Made by a program: the position numbers and the translations under genes
NCBI GenBank assembly: GCA_964012805.1
Contig: CAXGUD010000007.1
Location: 68,987 to 132,986 of the forward strand
DNA: 64,000 bases
Reading direction: 5' to 3'
Source: an uncultured Bacteriovoracaceae bacterium
GTDB lineage: Bacteria; Bdellovibrionota; Bacteriovoracia; Bacteriovoracales; Bacteriovoracaceae
Shown: positions 29,888 to 39,623 of the stretch, piece by piece
Position numbering within the stretch: position 1 is the first letter of the stretch
Layout of the letters: each line of letters opens with the position of its first letter
The notes under the pieces: generated by a model
Told to the model about the DNA's origin: nothing
Seen by the model: the letters and a program-made list of their open reading frames with translations, nothing else
Databases searched by the model: none

Positions 29888-29914
29888 TTTTCGGTATTAC
29901 CCTCTTTTTATTTA
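29888..29914 (-). promoter_or_regulatory. Sigma28 (FliA)-like promoter of the giant lipoprotein gene
   Basis: Minus strand TAAA-N15-ACCGAAAA immediately upstream of the ORF. Confidence 0.55.
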
Positions 29915-30097
29915 GTGTTCTTTTTTTATAATTCTAATTCAAATGATGATTATCCTGGATGTGACTTTAGAAACTAAAAAGTGATTGTGGGGTCCACATA
30001 CTTGAAATAATTAGTTTTTTTGGAAAGGGAAAAAAAAGAAAAAGAGTAAGGATAAGTTTAGTATGACAATTATTTCCGCCGAATAATTGTGTCAGTT

Positions 30098-31186
30098 TTA
30101 ACCGTGTCCGCCTCTCATAAAATTTTCAGAATCTTTTATATGTTTTTGTGCTTTACCTTGAGAAAGAAAAAAGTCCTCAGAAATTTTGAGGACATCTTCA
30201 ATATTTGTGGCCCTGAATAGCTCATCTCTAAAATGAGAAACATTGGTAAAACCAGCGGCAAGCCAAATGAGGTGCTTCCTCATTTGAACTAGAAGCACTT
30301 TCTCTCTATCGACATAAGCCTCTAAATGGCCGTAAAGCCTTTTTGCTACTTCGTAAATATCTTCTGCTGTAAAAAAAACTTGATCCTTTTCAATTGATTG
30401 ATCAGGTAGCCCTTCTAAAAAAATAAAAGGATTTCTTAGAGCTGCTCTGCCGATCATGAGAGCGTCACAGTTTGTATGACTAAGTCTTTCCTGAATCTTT
30501 TTCCCGTGATGGAGGTCTCCATTACCAATGATAGGAAGGGGAGAGTTGGAAGAAATTGATTCAAGATAATTCCAATTCGCATGCCCTTTGTAAGCTTGAG
30601 TCCTTGTTCTTCCATGTATTGCGACAAACTCTATTCCCTCTGAGGAAGCTATGTTAATAACTTCTTGTGCGTTAATATTATCCTCATCCCAGCCTGTTCT
30701 GATTTTTATGGAGAGAGGAACTGTTAAGTTTTTTCTAATTGTTGAAAAGAAGCTAGAAAGTTTTTTTGGTTCCTTTAAAAGGGCGGAGCCCCCACCTTTT
30801 GATACCACTTTTCTTACAGGGCAGCCCATATTAATATCGACAAATTTAGGTGCAAAGCCTTGGGCTACTGATGCTGCTTCGGCCATTATATTTTCATCTT
30901 CCCCAAAAATTTGTAGACCAACGTTGGTCTCTTTAGGGTCGATGTAGAGCATCTTCATGGTTTTTTCATTTTTTCTTACAATACCGTGGCAAGAAATTAA
31001 CTCGCTGACTGTTCCTCCAGCCCCTAGTTCCTCCATAAGTAATCGAAAAGGAGCATTGCAAATACTCGACATGGGAGCTAAAAGGAGGGGTGAAGAAAAA
31101 TGGACTTGACCAAGAGTTAACGGCTTTTTATTTTTTTTAAGCCTGTCAATTTTGGCTTGTAATTTTGCTGAGAATAAATCTTTCAT
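30098..31186 (-). CDS. dusB: tRNA-dihydrouridine synthase (DusB-like)
   Basis: LAPM, LQIFG, DINMGCPV, GGGSALL, SIKIRTGW, HGRTR, IGNGD, MIGRAA. Confidence 0.92.
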   Translation of the reverse strand: MKDLFSAKLQAKIDRLKKNKKPLTLGQVHFSSPLLLAPMSSICNAPFRLLMEELGAGGTVSELISCHGIVRKNEKTMKMLYIDPKETNVGLQIFGEDENIMAEAASVAQGFAPKFVDINMGCPVRKVVSKGGGSALLKEPKKLSSFFSTIRKNLTVPLSIKIRTGWDEDNINAQEVINIASSEGIEFVAIHGRTRTQAYKGHANWNYLESISSNSPLPIIGNGDLHHGKKIQERLSHTNCDALMIGRAALRNPFIFLEGLPDQSIEKDQVFFTAEDIYEVAKRLYGHLEAYVDREKVLLVQMRKHLIWLAAGFTNVSHFRDELFRATNIEDVLKISEDFFLSQGKAQKHIKDSENFMRGGHG

Positions 31187-31240
31187 AGGAGACCCAATCT
31201 AGCTAGATTAGGGTCCTCACGTCAAGCAGAGGAAGCAATT

Positions 31241-31924
31241 ATGGATAAAACAACAGGGTCTTTGAAGAAAGGTTATATTGTTTTTGATTTGGATGGAACA
31301 TTGGTTTATAGCCATAAACAGATTTTATTGGCATCTAAAATTGTATTAGAGAAGTGGTTTGGGCATGAGGTTTCAGAAAAAGATTTTCAAGATGGTTTTC
31401 ATAAAAATCCGGTAAAGTTCTACAAAAACTTTGATATAGACGTTAGCCTCCCTAAAAACAGAAAAAAAATTGAGGCCTGTTGGGAGGAAGCGTCTCTAGA
31501 GGTAGGGCTTGATGTACCTCTTTTCCCTGATATAAGCGATCTTTTGAGAAAGCTAAAAGAGGAAGGATTTGCTATTTACATTTGGACAGCAAGAGATAAA
31601 CTTTGCGCTCACAAAATTTTAAAAAATTTGGAGATTTTTGACTTTTTTGAGGGTATCTCTTGTGGAGATGAAACGGCTCATAAACCTAGCCCAGAAGGTT
31701 TGGAGGCCCTCGTTGGATGTCACCCAAAAGAGAAAACTTTCGTCGTTGGTGATAGTGAGACCGATATTCAAGGAGCGAAAGCCTTTGGAAGTAGGGCCTT
31801 GGCGGCTTTATGGTGCCCTAATGCTGAAGAAACTGTTCTAAAAAGTGCAGGAGCAGATTTTTTAGTGGCCAAACCTTTGGAATGTCTGGATATCTTTAGG
31901 CAAAGTTTGGCCAGAGAAAGTTAA
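31241..31924 (+). CDS. HAD-family hydrolase (phosphoglycolate phosphatase-like)
   Basis: FDLDGTL, WTA, KPSPEG, VGDSETD. Confidence 0.9.
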   Translation: MDKTTGSLKKGYIVFDLDGTLVYSHKQILLASKIVLEKWFGHEVSEKDFQDGFHKNPVKFYKNFDIDVSLPKNRKKIEACWEEASLEVGLDVPLFPDISDLLRKLKEEGFAIYIWTARDKLCAHKILKNLEIFDFFEGISCGDETAHKPSPEGLEALVGCHPKEKTFVVGDSETDIQGAKAFGSRALAALWCPNAEETVLKSAGADFLVAKPLECLDIFRQSLARES

Positions 31925-31970
31925 AATTTGATAAGAATTTGAGATAATATTAAAGAGAATTAAAGGATGT

Positions 31971-33437
31971 TTGGCTATGTTTGACACTTTAAGCGAGAAA
32001 TTCGCGGATGCTTTTAAGGTTATCCAGGGCAAAAATAAAATTTCTGAATCAAATATTGAGGATGCCCTTAAACAGGTACGGACTGCTCTTTTAGAAGCCG
32101 ATGTAAACTTTAAAGTAGTAAAGTCATTTGTTAGTGCTGTAAAAGATAAAGCTCTTGGAGAAAAGGTCGTTTCCGGAGTTAATCCTGGTGAACAATTCGT
32201 TAAGATTGTTCATGATGAATTGGCCAATGTCATGGGTGGGAACCATGAAGAAATGAGTTTTGATAGAGACTCTATTCTACCTATTCTCGTTGTTGGTCTA
32301 AATGGTCAGGGAAAGACAACTTTTTCTGGAAAATTGAGTAAATTTTTAAAAGAAAAGAAAAAGAAAGACGTTCTCCTCGTCCCTGCAGATACTTTTAGAC
32401 CTGCTGCAAAGAAACAACTCCAAGTTTTAGCTGAAAGCTTAGATATTGAATGCTTTGACTCCGACCTTTCATCAGGGCCTGATAAGATCGCTATCAGTGC
32501 CCTAAATTACGCTAAAGAAAATAAAAAAGATATTGTCATTGTCGACACCGCTGGGCGTCTTCATGTTGATGATGAGCTTATGTCCCAACTTGAAAGTGTA
32601 AAAAAAGCTATTGAGTATCAAAAGCCTGAGGTTTTGCTTGTAGCTGATGCAATGACTGGTCAAGAATCAGTTAAGGTCGCTAAAACTTTTCACGACACAG
32701 TTGGTTTAACAGGGGTTGTTCTCTCTAAAATGGACTCAGATGCCAGAGGGGGAGCTGCTCTCTCTATTCGTCATGCGACGGGTGTTCCCATAAGATTTAT
32801 TTCTATGGGTGAAAAAATGAAAGACTTGGAGCTTTTTCACCCTGACCGCTTGGCCGGAAGAATCCTTGATATGGGGGATGTGGTTACCCTAGTTGAAAAA
32901 GCTGAAGAGAATATTGATGAGAAAGAAGCTGAAAAAATGATGAAAAACCTCGAAAAGGGTCAATTCAGCGTAGACGACTTCATGAAGCAAATGAATATGA
33001 TGAGTAAACTGGGCTCCATGGGTTCACTTCTAAAAATGATTCCAGGTATGGGTGGTGTCTTAAGAGATGTAGGTGATCTTTCACCCGCAGAAAATGAAAT
33101 GAGCCGCATGAAGGTCATTATTTCTTCTATGACTAAAGCAGAGAGGAAAAATTACAAAATTATTAAAGAATCAAGAATTGAAAGAATTGCAAAAGGTTCA
33201 GGTAATACAGTGCAGTCTGTCAAAGACTTCATTTCTAAGTTTAAGCAAATGGAGAAAATGATGACTGGCATGATGGGCATGTTCAAAGGTGGCGGCCTTC
33301 CAGGGATGGCCGGATTTCCAGGTATGGGTGGGGCGGAAGGTGGTCCCATGGGTATTCAAAATGGCTTTCGACCTCCTGGAAAAAAGAAGCCAAAAAAAGG
33401 AAAAAAAGGAAACCCATGGGGAAAAGGTTACTTTTAA
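31971..33437 (+). CDS. ffh: Signal recognition particle protein
   Basis: ALLEADV, GLNGQGKTT, DTFRPAA, DTAGRL, SKMDSDARGGAALS, RILDMGD, Met-rich M domain. Confidence 0.97.
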   Translation: MAMFDTLSEKFADAFKVIQGKNKISESNIEDALKQVRTALLEADVNFKVVKSFVSAVKDKALGEKVVSGVNPGEQFVKIVHDELANVMGGNHEEMSFDRDSILPILVVGLNGQGKTTFSGKLSKFLKEKKKKDVLLVPADTFRPAAKKQLQVLAESLDIECFDSDLSSGPDKIAISALNYAKENKKDIVIVDTAGRLHVDDELMSQLESVKKAIEYQKPEVLLVADAMTGQESVKVAKTFHDTVGLTGVVLSKMDSDARGGAALSIRHATGVPIRFISMGEKMKDLELFHPDRLAGRILDMGDVVTLVEKAEENIDEKEAEKMMKNLEKGQFSVDDFMKQMNMMSKLGSMGSLLKMIPGMGGVLRDVGDLSPAENEMSRMKVIISSMTKAERKNYKIIKESRIERIAKGSGNTVQSVKDFISKFKQMEKMMTGMMGMFKGGGLPGMAGFPGMGGAEGGPMGIQNGFRPPGKKKPKKGKKGNPWGKGYF

Positions 33438-33549
33438 CAGGGTTACTTTGGATTATGCGTGGCGAAGTCGGTTGACTTCTTTAGTTGTTTGATTTAATTA
33501 AAGTTCTGAGAAGATAAAATATTGACGCAATAAGTCGTTGCAGGAGTAG

Positions 33550-33798
33550 ATGATGCTAAAAATTAGACTTAACAGAGGCGGAAGAACTCATAGACCTATC
33601 TATACAATCGTTGTGACAGACTCTAGAAACCCTAGAGATGGCAAGTTTATTGAAAAACTTGGGAAATACGATCCAAAAGCAGAAGATAATGCTCTTGTGA
33701 ATGTTAAAGCAGAGACCATCTCGGCGTATGTTAAAAAAGGTGCAGCTTTAAGTGACACAGTGAGAACTCTTCTCAAGAAAAATAAAATAGCTCTTTAG
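33550..33798 (+). CDS. rpsP: 30S ribosomal protein S16
   Basis: LKIRLNRGG...PIYTIVVTDSRNPRDGKFIEKLGKYDP. Confidence 0.97.
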   Translation: MMLKIRLNRGGRTHRPIYTIVVTDSRNPRDGKFIEKLGKYDPKAEDNALVNVKAETISAYVKKGAALSDTVRTLLKKNKIAL

Positions 33799-33895
33799 TA
33801 TACTAAAGCTTATAATAAAACGAAAAGCTTGGGTATTAAGCTTAGACACTTGAAGAATAAAGTCGTTTTTGGACAATCAATCAAGCGAGAGTTGT

Positions 33896-34135
33896 ATGAG
33901 TGAATTAAAAGAACTTATTCAGTACGTTAGCAAGGCTTTAGTTGATATGCCTGAGGAAGTTACGGTTAATGAAATCGTAGGTGAGCAAACTACAGTAGTC
34001 GAACTTAAAGTCGACAAATCAGATTTAGGTAAGGTCATAGGTAAGCAGGGAAGAACTGCAAGGGCTTTACGAACAATCTTGAACGCGGCTTCTACGAAGT
34101 TGAAAAAAAGATCAGTTTTAGAAATCATTGAATAA
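33896..34135 (+). CDS. khpA: KH-domain RNA-binding protein KhpA
   Basis: [26 protein letters not shown]; follows rpsP; likely start is the ATG at 33896. Confidence 0.9.
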   Translation: MSELKELIQYVSKALVDMPEEVTVNEIVGEQTTVVELKVDKSDLGKVIGKQGRTARALRTILNAASTKLKKRSVLEIIE

Positions 34136-34148
34136 TTGATAAATTTGA

Positions 34149-34180
34149 TGCTCTTTCCTTCTTTATGCAAGGAAAGAGTG
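34149..34180. terminator. Hairpin after khpA (probable terminator)
   Basis: TGCTCTTTCCTT-N8-AAGGAAAGAGTG inverted repeat; no clear U tract. Confidence 0.55.
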
Positions 34181-34300
34181 CCCTCCTAAAAAGTGCAAAA
34201 ATTCAATTCTTTTTGTAAGCCAATTTTATCCCCATTGGTCTATTGGTAGTTGTTTTATAAAATAGAGATGTCTATTTATAAAGATGCCAAGGATTCGTTT

Positions 34301-34669
34301 ATGAGTTTGAAAGGTTGTAAAGTATTAATTGTTGATGATGAAGAAGATTTATTGCAAATGGTTGCTGAAGCCTTTGAAGAAGAAGGTTGTACAGTTTCTA
34401 CAGCAAATAATGGTGAAGACGCCTTAAATATTTTTTTAGAAAAAGATATACAGGTAGTCATCGCAGATGAGTCAATGCCCAAGTTAGATGGGCACGAACT
34501 AATGGCAAAAATCCAAGAGAGTAAAAAAGCTTTTCCTTTATATTTCTTTTCAACTGGTTCTATGGAGTTATTAGAGAATGAACTCCAGGAAAAAGGCGCG
34601 ACAGGTTTGATCACTAAGCCCTTCGACTTAGACACTATCTTAGATCTTGTTAGAAATAAAATTAGCTAA
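34301..34669 (+). CDS. Single-domain response regulator (CheY-like)
   Basis: VLIVDDEE, ADESMPKLDG, STG, TKPF. Likely start 34301 (ORF track gives 34250). Confidence 0.9.
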   Translation: MSLKGCKVLIVDDEEDLLQMVAEAFEEEGCTVSTANNGEDALNIFLEKDIQVVIADESMPKLDGHELMAKIQESKKAFPLYFFSTGSMELLENELQEKGATGLITKPFDLDTILDLVRNKIS

Positions 34670-34742
34670 TTAAGAAATTTATTTTGTTGTAATTTTTAGT
34701 TGAAAGAAAAAAGATTAGAGATTTTATAAAAAGGAAAAGAGA

Positions 34743-36308
34743 TTGCAAGGGATGCAAACCTCTACAAAGAAAAAACTTAAAGATTTCTTGAGAGTCTCCT
34801 CGGAGTTTAAATTAGGTCAGTTAGATACTGAAAGAAGCCACTTAAAAACTAAAAACTTATCTGTTCTCGCTCAAGAAAATGTCAATGAAGCCATTGAAAT
34901 AATTTCTGATATAGATCTTAAGGCCATAAGCATACTAGAAAATGAGCTAGGCCCTATCAAGGAATTGAAGAAGGAAATAGAAGGGACGATCGAATCAGGT
35001 GGTAAAGTTTTTATTTGCGGTTGTGGAGCAACCGGACGGCTCGCTCTTACTATTGAGAAGCTCTGGCGTGATGAATGCAAAAGTAAAAAAGTTAATTTAG
35101 ATGATAGGGTTGTTAGTTTTATTGCAGGAGGTGATGTCGCTTTAATTAGGTCAATCGAAAACTTTGAAGATTACCCTGACTATGGTGCTAGACAACTGGT
35201 AGAGTTAGGCTTTTCAGAGAATGATCTTTTGATTAGTTGTACAGAGGGGGGAGAAACACCATTTGTCATCGGCGCAACTGAAAAAGCAATAAGCATTTCT
35301 AAAAGAAGGCCCTTTTTCCTTTATTGCAATAGAAATGAAACACTTACTAGGGTTGCTGCTCGGTCAAGAGTACTAATTCAAAGCCCAAAAGTGAAAAAAG
35401 TAAATCTTGTTACTGGGCCGATGGCCTTATCTGGAAGTACGAGATTGCAAGCTTCAACAGTTCAGATGCTATTTGTAGGATTTGCTTTGCTTAAAAATAA
35501 TAAAATTAAGGATGATCTTAATTTTTTATATCATTTTCTTAAAAGCAAGCCTTACCTTTTTCTCAAAAGCTTTATTGAAAAAGAGGCCAACTTTTTAAGG
35601 CAAAATAAACTGTTGTTATATTCAACAGATGAAAACCTCGGCATTACAGTTTTAACAGATACCACGGAAAGGGCCCCGACATTTAATTTAAATCCTTTCG
35701 AGAATTTCAAAGATGGCTATTCTATACCATCAAACTTTTATCTCTATTTTCCTCACTCTAGAAATTCGCTGGAAGCTTGGAAGTTACTTCTTGGTAGAGC
35801 ACCCAGAACTTTTTTGTGGAAAGAGGTAACTGATGAAACATGTTTTGACCGGTTAACTGGTTTTGATTTTAGTTGTGAACTTATTTCTAAAAGAAGAAAT
35901 CTTGATGTTAGTCATGAGTTTTTTTCGATTCATCAGAAAGAAAAAGGGTTACTATTTAAGCTAGGTGACCTTGAGCACTGCTTGATTATTGAAAATAATA
36001 GACCTCTTATTGTTCATATTATTCTAAAAATGGTTCTAAATACTCTTTCGACTTTAGTCATGGGTAAGCTAGGACGTTTTCAAGGAAACCTTATGACTTG
36101 GGTCAAACCAAGTAATAACAAACTAATTGATCGAGCAATTCGATACTCTCAGGTTTTATTAGAAGAAAGGGGAATCACAGCGTCTTATGAAAATGTTGCC
36201 CGTGCATGCTTTATGACCCTGGAGCAGGAACAGTGGAATAGATCTCTAGTAATGGAAATAGTTAAGAAGGTTGAGAAAGATCAGCAAGGCCATGATAAAG
36301 TTATTTAA
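34743..36308 (+). CDS. SIS-domain protein of the MurQ/glucokinase-regulator superfamily
   Basis: LDTERSH, GCGATGRL, IAGGD, ENFED, GGETPFV, TGPMALSGSTRLQAS, LKMVLNTLSTLVM, GNLM, SNNKLIDRA. At 521 aa it is much longer than MurQ. Confidence 0.75.
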   Translation: MQGMQTSTKKKLKDFLRVSSEFKLGQLDTERSHLKTKNLSVLAQENVNEAIEIISDIDLKAISILENELGPIKELKKEIEGTIESGGKVFICGCGATGRLALTIEKLWRDECKSKKVNLDDRVVSFIAGGDVALIRSIENFEDYPDYGARQLVELGFSENDLLISCTEGGETPFVIGATEKAISISKRRPFFLYCNRNETLTRVAARSRVLIQSPKVKKVNLVTGPMALSGSTRLQASTVQMLFVGFALLKNNKIKDDLNFLYHFLKSKPYLFLKSFIEKEANFLRQNKLLLYSTDENLGITVLTDTTERAPTFNLNPFENFKDGYSIPSNFYLYFPHSRNSLEAWKLLLGRAPRTFLWKEVTDETCFDRLTGFDFSCELISKRRNLDVSHEFFSIHQKEKGLLFKLGDLEHCLIIENNRPLIVHIILKMVLNTLSTLVMGKLGRFQGNLMTWVKPSNNKLIDRAIRYSQVLLEERGITASYENVARACFMTLEQEQWNRSLVMEIVKKVEKDQQGHDKVI

Positions 36309-36459
36309 ATTTGTCTTTATCTTCTTTCTTCATTCCTTCCTTAAAATTTTTTAATGACTTGCCGAGTGCCCCACCTAAGTCAGGGAGTTTTTTACTTCCA
36401 AAAAGAAGAAGCACAAGAAACAAAACAATAATAATTTCTGTCGGGCCTAAACCAAGCAT
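36301..36459 (-). CDS. tatA: Twin-arginine translocase subunit TatA/E
   Basis: Not in the ORF track. MLGLGPTEIIIVLFLVLLLFGSKKLPDLGGALGKSLKNFKEGMKKEDKDKFK* (52 aa), with AAGGAG RBS and the FG hinge. Confidence 0.93.
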   Translation of the reverse strand: MLGLGPTEIIIVLFLVLLLFGSKKLPDLGGALGKSLKNFKEGMKKEDKDKFK

Positions 36460-36471
36460 CAAAGAACTCCT

Positions 36472-37170
36472 TTAAGAAATAAATGGGTTGGATTTTTTTT
36501 CGGCATAAATTTGTGTTAAAGGTCCATGCCCTGGAATAACATTCGTTTCATCATGAAGGGTTAGTAACCTTTGTTTTATTGAGTTTATAATAAGATCTGA
36601 GTCCCCACCTGGTAGGTCAGTTCTTCCTATTGATCTTTGGAAGAGAGTATCTCCAGAAAATAAAATAGGAAGCTGAAATTTTTCTGAAAGAAAACAGCAG
36701 GATCCAGGGGTATGACCAGGGGTGTGAAGAGTATTAAGGATATTATTGCATTCATTATTATTTTTTGAGTTTTCTGAAAGATGAAAGTTTTGTTCATCTT
36801 CTATATAAAAATCAACAGGGCGTGTTGGATCATCAGTTTTCGCTCCAAAAAATAGGCCTTGCTCTTTTAGGGCTTCATAAAGATAGAGATCTCCTTTATG
36901 TAGATATAATGGCGCATTTGTTAACTTATTAATAGAGACTGAATGTCCGATATGATCAAAGTGAGCATGGGTATGAATAAGTTTTGTAACTTTTAAGCCT
37001 TTCTCTTTAATAATTTTGGATAGAGTTTTTTTATCATTCCCTGGATCTACAATTATACACTCTTTGGTTTTAGTGGAGTATATAAGTGAGCAATTACATG
37101 CAAAGGTGCCAATGGGAAAGGTTTCGACTTTTAAATCATTATATTCATGTTCAAAAATAAGTGGGACCAC
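36472..37170 (-). CDS. Metallo-beta-lactamase-fold hydrolase (glyoxalase II/YcbL-like)
   Basis: THAHFDH, HTPGHTPG, SGDTLF, GRTDLPGG, PGHG. Confidence 0.92.
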   Translation of the reverse strand: MVPLIFEHEYNDLKVETFPIGTFACNCSLIYSTKTKECIIVDPGNDKKTLSKIIKEKGLKVTKLIHTHAHFDHIGHSVSINKLTNAPLYLHKGDLYLYEALKEQGLFFGAKTDDPTRPVDFYIEDEQNFHLSENSKNNNECNNILNTLHTPGHTPGSCCFLSEKFQLPILFSGDTLFQRSIGRTDLPGGDSDLIINSIKQRLLTLHDETNVIPGHGPLTQIYAEKKSNPFIS

Positions 37171-37283
37171 TTTTTTAATCCTTTCAAGTCCTGGGGCGAT
37201 GCAAATGTACCTGTGTTAACGGATAGAGAGAGACTATAACTTCCAAAAGAGAAGGAAAAGAGTTAATGGCGATACAGAGAGGA

Positions 37284-37487
37284 CTATTTATTTTGCGGTG
37301 AGTTGTTGCGGCGGGGTTCAATGCCTTTTTCTTGATTAAGTAAGTCAAGGGCATGGCTAAAGCAGACACCACAATCCTTGCCAATTCCAAGCTTGCTAAG
37401 AATCTCTTTGTGGGATTTCCCACGATTTGGCTTAGCTTGCTGTTTTAGGCTTTCTTCAGTTATTCCTTTGCAAATACAAATGTACAA
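37284..37487 (-). CDS. bfd: Bacterioferritin-associated ferredoxin (Bfd-like 2Fe-2S)
   Basis: MYICICKGIT...GIGKDCGVC (CXC...CX2C). Confidence 0.8.
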   Translation of the reverse strand: MYICICKGITEESLKQQAKPNRGKSHKEILSKLGIGKDCGVCFSHALDLLNQEKGIEPRRNNSPQNK

Positions 37488-37757
37488 TTTGAAGACCCCT
37501 TATTTTGTTTTATGTTATATTAAAAAGTTTCAATAATCAAACTTTTATTCGTCATGTAAAATAATTAGCTTTAGGTAGTTTTGGCAAATGATAATTGGAA
37601 AAACAGCGTATAACTGTTAAGTTATTGAAATTAAATAGTTTTCTGCTTGAGCATAGTAATGACGTTTTTAGCTTAAAAATTGACGAGAGAGGTTAAAAAA
37701 GTGGAGAATATTATAGTGGGTCAACAAAAAATGTGTGTTTAAAAAGGTCCCAATTTA

Positions 37758-39623
37758 ATGAAGCTTTACAAGGATGTAAGTTTTTTGTTTCGGTTTGCTA
37801 GGGTTCTGTTCACGACCCTCGTTATTTTTTTTAATCAAGAATCATTTTCGTCTTACCCCTTTATCGCAGAAGTAACCCTTGTACGTGGTAAAGCTACGTT
37901 TTTACCAATTCCCGAAAAGAAGGCACTTACACTCAAGAAAGGTATAAAAATTCGACAAGGCACCTCAATTGTTACAGGTAAAAATAGTTTTGTAAGACTT
38001 AGGTTTAAAAATGGCTCTCTTATCAGTTTGGGATCTAATAGTAAGATAGTTGTTTACAATGTTGGCAAGAAGAAAACTGGAGTAATTTCTCTTATTGAGG
38101 GAAAGCTAAGGTCCAAAATTGAGAAAAAAAATAAGGGCCAAGGCTTCTTTGTAAAAACGAGAACAGCTGCTTTAGGTGTTAGAGGTACAGAGTTTCAAAC
38201 TATTTATAATAGGGAAAATAATGTAACATCGATGCTCACTTACGATGGAAAAGTACAAGTTATTAAAGTTAATAAAAACTTAAAGAAAAAAACAAAAATT
38301 CTTCCAAAAACTGATAAGGAAATTTTAGAAAATAGAGAAATAGAATTAAGAGAAGATTTGAAATCCAAAAGTGCTCAAGCTGTGGAAAAAGGCCAGTATG
38401 TAGGTATTAGCCCTAAGGTTAAAACTCCAAGTTTTCCCGTTAAAATCTCACCAATCCAATTTACTGCTTTATATAATAACGACGAAATGAAAAAAGAAGG
38501 GGAAATTTCAAAAGCTGTAGATAAAAATGGTAAATTGATTGACCAGGTTGAGCAAAAGGCTCCCTTGGAAGGATTCAGAAATAGAAAAACAGGCAGTTAT
38601 GCTCCTAGATCTGGAGGATTTCTTGATTTTAAAACGGGACTTTATGTCCCTCCAAGTTTTAGTAGTCAATTTAATGAGAGGTTAGGTGTTTACGAAGATA
38701 AAAATATAGGGAGTGTGAATTTAAAAACAGGTCTTTATATAACCCCGGAAGGCTTGGATTTAGATCCAAAAAAAGGCTTTGTCCTTTCAAAAGAAGGTAA
38801 GAGTACTGAGAAGGCATTGAAAAAAAAATTGACTTTTCTTAACAGAAATATGGAGGTCCAATCTCCTTTAATCAGTAGTCGATTTGAGAAGAAGAAAAAA
38901 GAGACATTTGCTAAAAGTAAAGAAAAGAAATATTTCTTTGATAAAAAACAATTGTTAAAAAGAAACACACTTACGGTAGAGGTTGCAACCTTCTCTGAGA
39001 GTTTGGGTTTTGAGGATAACAATCTCGATAATAATAATTCTTTAAGTAACAGTAGAAGTGAACTCAATCTGTCCTTATTCCATGGTGGTAATAAATTTGG
39101 TCGTTTATTTACATCTTTTTCTATAGGTACGTATTCTAGTTCTAAAGTACATGAAGGATCAAACTTGAGAGGTTTAAAGTTTGGTGTTGAGCTTGATTAC
39201 GAGAAATTCAGATATTTAAAATCATCTCTTATAACATTAGGCTTTCAAGAAAAGTTTTATAATTTTTTTCCATCTGATTTTTCGACAACAAATGTGACTT
39301 ACTTAAAAAGAATTTTTGTTCCTCAGTTAGAAGGAGAAACGGCCATTAATATTTTGAAAATGAAGAGGCTTGATATTAATGGAAAGGCCATGCTACGTTA
39401 CCTCTTTCATTCTCGAACCGACTCAGGACTATCTGCTAAGCATGGTTTTGGTTTTGGGATGGGTTTGAATATTAGATTTGGAGTCATCCCACAAAAATTA
39501 TGGTTAAAAACTTATTTGGATTACAGAAATGAAAACCAGACGGTTAACGGCCCTTTAGATAAATTTATTCAAAAAAGAGGGCAGGTAATTGCAGGCCTAA
39601 AGCTTTTTTATGATTTGATTTAA
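37758..39623 (+). CDS. FecR-domain exported protein with C-terminal beta-strand-rich region
   Basis: Signal peptide, TGKNSFVRL, LIEGKLR, VKTRTAALGVRGTEF FecR motif, C-terminal alternating Gly/aromatic strands. Confidence 0.75.
   Translation: MKLYKDVSFLFRFARVLFTTLVIFFNQESFSSYPFIAEVTLVRGKATFLPIPEKKALTLKKGIKIRQGTSIVTGKNSFVRLRFKNGSLISLGSNSKIVVYNVGKKKTGVISLIEGKLRSKIEKKNKGQGFFVKTRTAALGVRGTEFQTIYNRENNVTSMLTYDGKVQVIKVNKNLKKKTKILPKTDKEILENREIELREDLKSKSAQAVEKGQYVGISPKVKTPSFPVKISPIQFTALYNNDEMKKEGEISKAVDKNGKLIDQVEQKAPLEGFRNRKTGSYAPRSGGFLDFKTGLYVPPSFSSQFNERLGVYEDKNIGSVNLKTGLYITPEGLDLDPKKGFVLSKEGKSTEKALKKKLTFLNRNMEVQSPLISSRFEKKKKETFAKSKEKKYFFDKKQLLKRNTLTVEVATFSESLGFEDNNLDNNNSLSNSRSELNLSLFHGGNKFGRLFTSFSIGTYSSSKVHEGSNLRGLKFGVELDYEKFRYLKSSLITLGFQEKFYNFFPSDFSTTNVTYLKRIFVPQLEGETAINILKMKRLDINGKAMLRYLFHSRTDSGLSAKHGFGFGMGLNIRFGVIPQKLWLKTYLDYRNENQTVNGPLDKFIQKRGQVIAGLKLFYDLI

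Noticed and set aside
37184..37423. 79-aa alternative-frame ORF
   Set aside because: Overlaps the well-supported bfd gene in another frame and has no motif.
37583..37602. Fur box upstream of bfd (AATGATAAT)
   Set aside because: Only a half-site in very AT-rich DNA, with no matching inverted half; insufficient support.
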